64,000 bases of DNA, from positions 14,348,371-14,412,370 of the forward strand of contig NC_092678.1 of NCBI RefSeq assembly GCF_964355755.1, in the 5' to 3' direction. This DNA comes from Antedon mediterranea. Lineage: Eukaryota > Animalia > Echinodermata. The notes under the pieces were generated by a model, which saw only the letters and a list, made by a program, of their open reading frames with translations, ran no database searches and was not told where the DNA came from. This document shows positions 55,007-64,000 of this stretch, piece after piece. The position numbers were made by a program, and so were the translations under genes. Each line of letters opens with the position of its first letter. Position 1 is the first letter of the stretch.

Positions 55007-56389
55007 CTGGAAAAATAGTTGATTGAGGAAATATTTAATAAAGAAAAGAGGTATATTTATAAATTACTGTAACAATTGTTTGTTTCGACAGTTATTTTAT
55101 ACTAACATTGTTCTTTAATAAATAATATGAAGTACAAACACACATTTCATTGTTTGGAGTGTGTATTAAACTTTCTAAAGAGGTGGTTATGATTATTTAC
55201 CTACCCTGTTTAATTCAATGTCTACCAGGTATGGTCTAACAACGCTGTGCGATATTGTTTTGCTTCTTTTTGTTCACTGCCATGGTCTACAAAAGACTTG
55301 TAGGTCTTGAGATATCTACAGCCTTGAGGAACATTGTTGGTTCTGATGTCATCTTGATTACAAAAACAATAGATGCAACTGTACTTTCCTTTAAAAAAAA
55401 ATCAATTTTTAAATCTACAGTACTTCAGTTTTGTGTCCAAAAAAAACCAAACAAGAGAGCTAATAGCCAAAATATTAAACCATTATTATGCTGTAAAAAT
55501 GTATTAATATTAAGGCCTAGCCTAGGCTGTGACTGTCACTCAGTCCCACCAGCTAGCCTAAAAATGCACAACGAAAGCAATAATTATTATTATAAACACA
55601 TGCCATTAATTATTTGGTAACAGTTATAATGATTACATTTAGGATTAGGGTAATTAAAGGTTTAACTATTACGAATTTTCTATGTTTCGGCCTACCTTCA
55701 TTCTAGGCCCACATTACTGTCACGGTCATCGCGGGCGTCAACGCACTTTCTAAGCCTATCGCCAAACCGTTTTCTCGCCGATAACAATAACAATGTATAA
55801 AAGGGTTGCAAAATATGCGAGTTTTACTAAAAACTGAACCAGGCTATATTAACAAAACTAGTATTATTTTGTTTATATAATAATGATGGACTATATTCTA
55901 GTTCGTTCTTTTTCTAAAAAAATGATTTATATCCAAAAAAAAAGTAAAGAATACAATGATATTTTCTACTTACGATTGTTTACTATTTCATTACACAGTT
56001 TATCTCAACTTCCTGGTTTATGTGCGGGAGAGTATTTCAGTAAAATGGACAATATCGTCGTTTATTTATTAATTTATAGTAAAGAAACAATAAAATATTT
56101 ATTTTTTAATTGAACATACACTTTTTTTAATCGTTTAGTTTTGTATAAAATGTTTTTACTACATAAAAACTCACGATATCGAAATTTAATTTGGCGTTCG
56201 CGAAATAATGGTTTGTAAACAAAAATTATATGTCCGCGCGACTCGGAGGAGCCTCGTCTGCTAACACTGAGGGCGCTTGACTTTTTCTGATATCTTAACA
56301 CTAGTTGAAACAGCTGTGGATATTTTGAAAATGTTTTTAAATGAAATTCAAAGGAAATCTTATAAATGATATAGTAAATCCAGGTGGAG

Positions 56390-58486
56390 GCAAAAATAAT
56401 TTTCCATCCACTTTTACATATGGTAACAACATCAAAGACTTTTGTTAGCCTATTGTATACCAAATTAACGATTATTTCATCAATGTTGGTCTCAAGGTAC
56501 GAGACAGTATTGAGCCATCAAAGGCAAAATAGTCTGCTAAACAGTCAAAGTAACTATATGTTTTTCTACCATGTACATGAGGAGGAAGTGTTAAAAGTGA
56601 TTCAATCACTTGGTTTTGATATTTCACCAAAGGTAGTCAAGGCAGTTAGTGATGCTATTGTAAAGCCCTTGACTTACATATTTAACGTATCTCTTCACTC
56701 CGGCTTAATACCGGAACTGATACAAATTGCAAAAGTAATTCCCATATACAAAAAAGGGGACCGTCATTTGGCCTCGAATTATTTCCCGATATCACTACTA
56801 CCAATTTTCTCTAAAATCTTTGAAAAGATAGTCCATTCCAGATCGTATAATTAATTTAAAATTTACAATATAATAAATGATTGGCAATACGGCTTCCGAA
56901 ACAATCATTCAACCTCCCACGCTATAATTGATCTGGTCCACAAAATACTAAAGGCATTTGAAAACAAAGACTTCGTAATTGCCACATTTATGGATTTGTC
57001 AAAGGCATTTGATATTATTGACCACAGTATATTACTGAACAAGCTATTCCACTATGGTATAAAAGTTGTTACACTAAAATGGTTCAGTAACTATTTAAAA
57101 TCACAAAAGCAATATGTTTTTATAAATGGTACTTCGTCTAATATTAAGGAGACTAGTATTGGTGTTCCACAAGGGTCCGTTTTGGGACCTTTGTTGTTTC
57201 TTGTATATGTAAACGATATATGTAACTCAAGTACACAAATTGAATTAATTAGCTTTGCCGATGATACAACAGGATTCAAGTGTGGAAATAACCTGAACGC
57301 ATTGGCAAAGACGATGAATGTGGAACTAGGTAGAATTAATATGTCGTTCATAGCTAATAAACTTGTATTAAACACCAGCAAAATAAATGACGTAATCTTT
57401 AAAACTGCCCAAAGGCGTATTATTACAACCAACATTGAATTGAAAATGAATAACATTACTTTAGAACAACAAAAAAATTTCTTGGGGTTTTAATAAATGA
57501 GAACCTTTGCTGGAAAAATCATATAAGGCTTATTAGCAAAAAAAAACTCCGCTAGGTCTATTAGAATATTGATAAAAAGTAGACATTTTTTTAAAGAAAT
57601 TTGTATAATACATTAATTCTACCGCACCTTCAGTATAGAAACCTTAAATGGGGCAGTACATATTATAGTACACTAGAATCCCTTCTTAAACTCCAGAAAA
57701 AGGCTGCTAGAATTATTTTATTTAAAAAGCCATGGCAACATTCTGAGCCACTGTTTAAGCAATTAAATATACTTAACATACAAGATATCAACAGAGTTAC
57801 CGTCCTAGGTTTTATTGCCCAGATTAAAAGTAATGTTTTACCCAGACGAATCCAAATGATATTCAAAAGAAACGAAAAAACTACCCATAATCTTGTAGCG
57901 TAAAACAACCATACTCTAGGCTAACGTCTGGTCAACATTTTATTAGTATACACGGACCGAAACTATGGAACGAGCTCTGTAGAAATCACTTAGATATTGT
58001 TAACAACAATTATAAAATACTAAAAAAATATGTAAAAAGAGACATTTTATCGAATTACAGAACTTAAAATGCTTCACTCATAATATATATGTATATATTA
58101 TGCGTTGTGTTGGTGTGTGCGAGTATACACACATAGCCTGTTTTATATTATATGTATTCATACTTTTGCTATAATATATAAAGAAAGAATCCACATGTAC
58201 TGGAAGTAATAAACTGAATATCTTCTTTTTTAAGAAAAAATGTATAAATAATCATGTTAGAAAAACACTATCGCTTTTTGATGATGAACAACTCTAAAAT
58301 GTATATAGGAAATGTTTTTTAAATTTTGTATCTATTATGTTGTGTTTATTGTTTTATGTTTTTTATGTAAAAGGGTCCTGCGAAAACAGAAGTGTAAACT
58401 TCTCTATGCAGGATCCTTGCCATCATTTATGCTTTGAAACTGTATTTATAAAGGATGAGTAAATAAATGTGAATTCAATTGAATTG
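56390..58486 (+). mobile_element. 5'-truncated, decayed CR1/L2-group LINE (RT + 3'UTR)
   Basis: AKVIPIYKKG, QYGFR, MDLSKAFD, GVPQGSVLGPLLF, FADDT, KLWNEL. 3' hairpin agggtcctgc...gcaggatcct and aataaa/gaatt tail. Confidence 0.9.
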
Positions 58487-58489
58487 TAA

Positions 58490-60668
58490 CTACCCAGGGT
58501 AAAATTTAATTTCGAACACCAAGATCAAAAACCTTTTGGATTGCAAGCGTACGATTGACGGAATCAAAAGTCTTGGTGAAGTCTAACGTACCGACTGTGT
58601 TTGGTTTGTCAGAGACTTAAAGTCTAAATAAAGAGTCTCCGACATCTCAACCAGACAATGAGTTGTTGAGGATCCCTTAATTCCACCAAATTGACGATGA
58701 TCAATTCGGGGAGAGATGTCGTTACAGACCCATTTACAAACAAACTCCTCACAGACTTGCTAGATTCGACGTGAGGGATATAGAGCGAAGATTTGAAACA
58801 GTATCAGGTTTAGATTTAGGGATAGGGGTAATAGTTGCGTCTTTATACATTTGAAGAATGGAACATTGGGCAAGTAATGCATTAAGAATGCTAGTAACGA
58901 TGATACTAAATTCGCATGCAAATTATTTAATCAATTTTCCAGGAAGTCCATCGTGTCCTGGGGCTTTTCTGGCGTTACTTTTGGATAAGGCTGTGAACAT
59001 TTCCCAGATTTGAATCTTGGGGGGATGCAATCGGGCGGCTATTATGCGAGATTGAGGCAAATCTCTGTTTGATTGCCTTAGCAATTTCAAAGTGGTCACT
59101 TTGGGGGACTCCGGGGACTGAAATGTTGGGATAGGATTGTATTGCTCATAATTTGGATTCCTTTATGCCAGTTGGATGGATCATTTTTTTTTAAATTTGA
59201 AAGGCGTTCTTGATAAAATGATTTTTTTGCTGATTTAATAGAGAAAATGATTTTGTTTCCAAGGAAGCGCCACAGGTACGTTTTATTTTGGCAAAATGCT
59301 ACTTGGCGCATTTTAATGAGAATCTTAATTTCTGGAGTCAACCAAGTTTTTCATTAGTACGAATTTTAGAAGTTTTTAGTGGAAAGTGAGTGTTAATAGC
59401 GCTATTGACTGTACGATAAAATAGATCAGCCTTACCTTGGGGTGACTTAGTTTATATGACTTCAACCCAAGAGTGACCAGTTATCCGTTTACCAAATTCA
59501 AACACACGATGCTTAGGCATAGGTCTAAAAATACTTTTCCTAATACTACCATTTAATTTAAGGCCACTTGGGGTCCTAAAAACAGTATTATGGTCACTAT
59601 TACCAATGGGTGCACCAACAAATGGTTTGCAATAAACGTTATTAATGTTAGTAACAATAATATCCAAAATAGCAAGTTAACGTGGAGGTATCACGACCAC
59701 TTGTTTCATAGATCTAGCATGTTAAAATCGCCCAATATGACGAAACCAATTTCCGGGTATCTTGTCTTTAAGTGGTCAACATTAAAAATTATGTGGTCAA
59801 CTAGAACTTGTTGATGTTCAGATTTTGGAGGTATATAAACCGCATAGACAACTATCGCCGACACCTTGCGTGGGAGTTGGTACGGGCGAACATACAGCCA
59901 CAAACATTCAAGAACATTGGGAATAATAACATCTTTAATCGGCGTTGCAGGGATAGTGTCCTTTACGTAGACGGCAACTCCGCCACCAGTTTTTTCCTCT
60001 TTTAATTTAGTGAAAACATTAAAGCCATAAATTGGTAAGAAATCTGTCGAGATTGAATTTGACTGCCATGTTTCTGTTACAACAGCTATATCAAAAGGAC
60101 ATATACAGTTATTCTTAATAACGGCTTCTAATTCGTCAATTTTGTTGAGTACGGCGCGAGTATTTGTAAGTAAAAACCAGGTAGACCACCAACAGTTTTG
60201 GGAGCGACATGGAAAGTGTTCTTACCCAATTCCTCCAGATGATTGTCCTTATAGCTCGTATTAACATCATATTAAATTGGCATAATGCCTACGTATCATG
60301 GAATTCACATCACGGAAATTAGCGATATGTCCATAGCACGAAGAAACAACACGTATTCTACGCTTTTCTTCGTTTAACCCGCTTGAAGGTGGTACACAAA
60401 TAGTTTTTCGAGTTTATATTGTTCCACATTTGCATTACGCTTCTCCCGTGGTATGCACAAAAATTAAACTGAGGTTTGTCAACCAATAACATCAGGAAAA
60501 ACAGTAACGATAGACATCAATTCAATGACTTACAAAACATCAAAAATACAACAGGAAACTAAAATCCGGAGAGCAGCTAATGTAGCGCTACCGAGACGAC
60601 GAACCACACAAGATAAGCAGCCTGGCGGAGCTCGCTAAAAACACGTCCGTTCAGTGCGAAGTGCAGTG
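58490..60668 (-). mobile_element. Decayed LINE (5'UTR, APE, N-terminal RT), 3'-truncated, tail-to-tail with the previous LINE
   Basis: Minus strand: VVTETW, YAVYIPP, ILGDFN, IGNSDHNTV, GHDGLP, QFGG, LDFTKTFDSVN. Confidence 0.85.
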
Positions 60669-61279
60669 AAGAAAATATTTCTACATACAGTAGTTCCTTT
60701 TATTATTTTTTTATCGTTCTGTTACAAATAATACTATACATTTTACCTTTGTGGGCATATCTAATATACTACTTTACCAAAATACTAACAATTCTTTTTT
60801 CTCAATATCGATTTTTTCAACTCAATTGTTTTTGCGTCATTTCTTATTATTATAACCATCAAAAGTACCAAAGAATGTACAACATCATCCACCCACTGTC
60901 TTCCAAATGCTTTACAAAGCATAATATTTTGAAGATTCACATTACTATGGTTTTCATCTTTGGTTGCAAGTGTATATTTGTGATAACCTGCAACCTTACA
61001 AAACAAGTACTTAATTTAAATAAGTTTCATAATTGTTTATCTACAGCCAAAAGTAGTGTATCGTCAGTTAACTGAGCTATTTTAATCTCATGTTGCTTCT
61101 TACATTTATAGCCATTTCCTTGTAAAACACCAACAGTCTTCCAAAATCCTTTTTATTGATCTATCATTCGTTGTAATCGAGAGTCTCAACCCATTGTATT
61201 GGATCTTGACCTAAACCAAATAGCAATTTATTTATAAAACCATTTCTGAATTCTACTACAATTTCAACACGTTTTGTTT

Positions 61280-63215
61280 TCACCAGCCGTTTTATGAGGC
61301 CCTGACATTAGTATTATTTAGTTAAATTAGGAAACCTAAAATTGTGGTTTCAGATCGTTATGATCATTATAATGTAACAAAAACAATCTGCAATTTTTAA
61401 TTTGTACGGAAATAGTTAATTGTATTGTTTAAATTGTGTTATTTTGACACAGTCTATTTTAAGCCACTGCTAACAGAAATAGTATGTAAAGAATCTTTGA
61501 ATATTCAGCTTTTTTTAAAGAAATTCTTCAATAGGCTAACGTTTGACAGCCAGAAAGTGGTCCTAAATTACAACATTAATGACTTTGGTCCTTAGTTAGA
61601 CAATAGGTAAACAGTTGACTTCACACTGTCAGCAGGCAATCGATGGTTTTAAAACCTAAAATGACTTTTTTTACAACTTTACAATCTCAAACATAGTATT
61701 TCAGTATCGCAATGTTCAAAAATGTGAATTAATAAACACCAAATAAAATATTTTGATGAATCAGATTCAGGAGCTAACCAGGCGAATCAGCTAGGGCCTG
61801 TTACAGAGACAAAGCCAAAGTCAGACTCAGTACCTCGGGCAAATGAAGACCATGAGCCAGTGCCAGTGGTAGCATCAGTGTATGTGCCATCTCCAGGACG
61901 CGATTTTTTTTTTCGTACATAAGTTTGGGACCCCTCATAAAACGTCACAAAATAAACATGAATAATTAATAATTCATCAGTTAAATTTGTTGTTCCGTGT
62001 GCACCCAAGCGTATAGCAACAAGAAGTGATTACACAACTGCGATACGATACTTTCTACAGTAGACCTAGGATTCTAAGTCAATTCACGTGATTGCCTTCG
62101 CGCACTCTTCTTCACATAACATATGTCGAGTCGAGGCTAATCGACAGCTAGGCAAGACATTAAACTAAGTAGTAATTCATTGGAAAAAGCCCAAAGAAAG
62201 CTTAGACCCACAAGAATAAAGAATGTGTATAATTTGTGTACTGTATTTTTTAAATTCTGCTATTTATTATCAAACAATATGCATGTACTCAAAGGAACTT
62301 TAAAAATGTGCGTATATGAACACATGAGATGGGAAGATTTGACCCACGAGAATAAAAAATTTATTTTTGTGTAATGTTTATTGTTTAATTTTGCTGACTT
62401 ATTACTCGGATTGTGTCATACCTAACACACACACGTCACACACACCCACACAGCTACTACTTACTAGGCCTAGAATAGACATGGGTTTAGAGACTAATAA
62501 TTAGGCCTAATAGTATTAATAGAAACTATAATTTTAACACGTAATTCTTTAGTAATAAATTATATTAAGAACACCATAAACTAAAGGCTGATTATTTCGA
62601 CAATCCACACAAAACGCCGCTATTCTTCTATGAAATCGCACGCCGCAACAACAGCGGAGATAGGCCTAGAATCGTACCGCACTTGTGTAATCACTTCTTG
62701 TTGCTATACGCTAGGGTGCACACGGAACAAGAAAATTTAACTGATGAATTATTCATGTTTATTTTGTGACTTTTCATGAGGGGGTCCCCCAACTTATGTA
62801 CGAAAAAAAAATCGCCTCCAGGACATCAATGTAACTACAATAGTATTATTTATGACTAGCAGAAGTTTTAAATACAGTACACCTTTGACACACTTTTATT
62901 GTCTGTAATTCAATCTGTTATATTTATTTCAATCTATGTATTACCCGTATGTATCATAATATCAGCAAACACATTATTTTCTAAGAGGAGTTTTTATTTT
63001 TACCTTTTAGTTTTACTATTGGGCTCTACACGTTTTGAAGTATCCCTTCATACAAAAATAGGCCTATATTACAGATTTCGTTGATTTTTGAATAATTGTG
63101 TGATGATTTTTACTCTACACACTATTGCATCTTAATGTAACACAACGAAAACTATTTTTGTTACAGGTGTTGTTGGAGCATCAAGTTCTAATCTAGGTAT
63201 GTTATATTTTATTTA
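61280..63215 (+). pseudogene. Displaced duplicate of the Roco gene linker region (about 32320-34010)
   Basis: Intron matches (ctgacattagtattatttag..., ttttgacacagtctattttaag...). Linker exon copy from 61759 with a tg acceptor and a MULE insertion. 30-nt micro-exon copy at 63167-63196. Confidence 0.85.
61900..62815. mobile_element. Non-autonomous Mutator/MULE-like element
   Basis: ~150-bp imperfect TIRs starting gcgattttttttttcgtacataagtt and a perfect 9-bp TSD ctccaggac (61891-99, 62816-24). The empty site is visible at 33212-33220. Confidence 0.85.
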
Positions 63216-64000
63216 AATTTTCTTCCTTTTAATATTGGAAATGTAGTGTCTCTAAATCATTTAAGGACTATTTAAAAACAAATTGACACTGAAAAAATCG
63301 CAACTCCTTCGTCTTTTTCTAAATTCTGTGCAATATAAATATTTTACCAAATTTTAAATATAAACAATTATTAATTAACAATATAAAATTCAACTATAAT
63401 TGATATCTTTAAATGTTCAATTTCTCAACTTTTATATTGTTTTATCCGCCTTCTAAATTGTATTTTTATTCTTTTTTCGTGAATATGTTGAGTTTTTTTA
63501 TATGCTTATGTGTTTTTATCTATTGTTGTCACAATGTTCTCTATCAAAGTTAAATAAATAACGGTTTAGAGATTAAGTGTATGTTAAGTAACTAATTCCT
63601 CCATCAATAAATCACTACCCATAATTGTCATCACACGGAATTGTAAACAAGTTTTTAATACGACACAGTATAAACAGTTTGCACCATTGTGTGTGAACAT
63701 GTTCTATTGTTAAAATAAATGCTAGTAAAGGCCTAAATACAAATCATATACTGCTATGGTTACTGTTAAGCCAATAAACAAGATAAGATGACAAAATATG
63801 TGTTGATACTGATGACAGTGTTACTCTTATTATAATATAAAATAACACAATGAAATATAGTCTTGATTATAAAGATAACAAAGTCAGTGGTAGTGGGGTG
63901 CCTTAAGGGAAAAAATGATCAAAAACGTTACACGGATGACAAAGTTTTCATTTTTTTGCACATATGTTTACTTGGACATACAGATTAAAAAAATCACTGT

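Overview
AT-rich, intron-containing metazoan DNA. A deuterostome invertebrate, possibly an echinoderm, is inferred from a Deu-type SINE and the tandem DED-like domains; this is not proven. The first 35 kb hold one large + strand gene that the ORF track fragments. By hand it splices in a single open frame across 34 GT-AG exons, plus a candidate start exon. The product is a kinase-less Roco protein: 14 one-repeat-per-exon ankyrin cassettes, a ROC GTPase, COR, a linker, a tandem DED-like pair, a second linker and a second tandem DED-like pair (about 1660 aa). The ankyrin region is a recently expanded array of phase-0 exon+intron units with live and dead copies. The C-terminal effector region is built from duplicated phase-1 cassettes, one block of which recurs, decayed, at 61-63 kb. 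This looks like a modular, exon-shuffling innate-immune or cell-death receptor. The remainder is transposon-rich: a near-intact 6.9-kb AcademX DNA transposon (TAG..CTA TIRs, CAA TSD, 4-exon DDE+XPG+Cys-rich ORF broken only at an A9 run), several CR1/L2-group LINEs, two tRNA-derived SINEs, three Helentron-type HINEs, Harbinger-, pogo-, Kolobok- and MULE-type MITEs, and a 26x16-bp tandem tail on a CR1 3' end.
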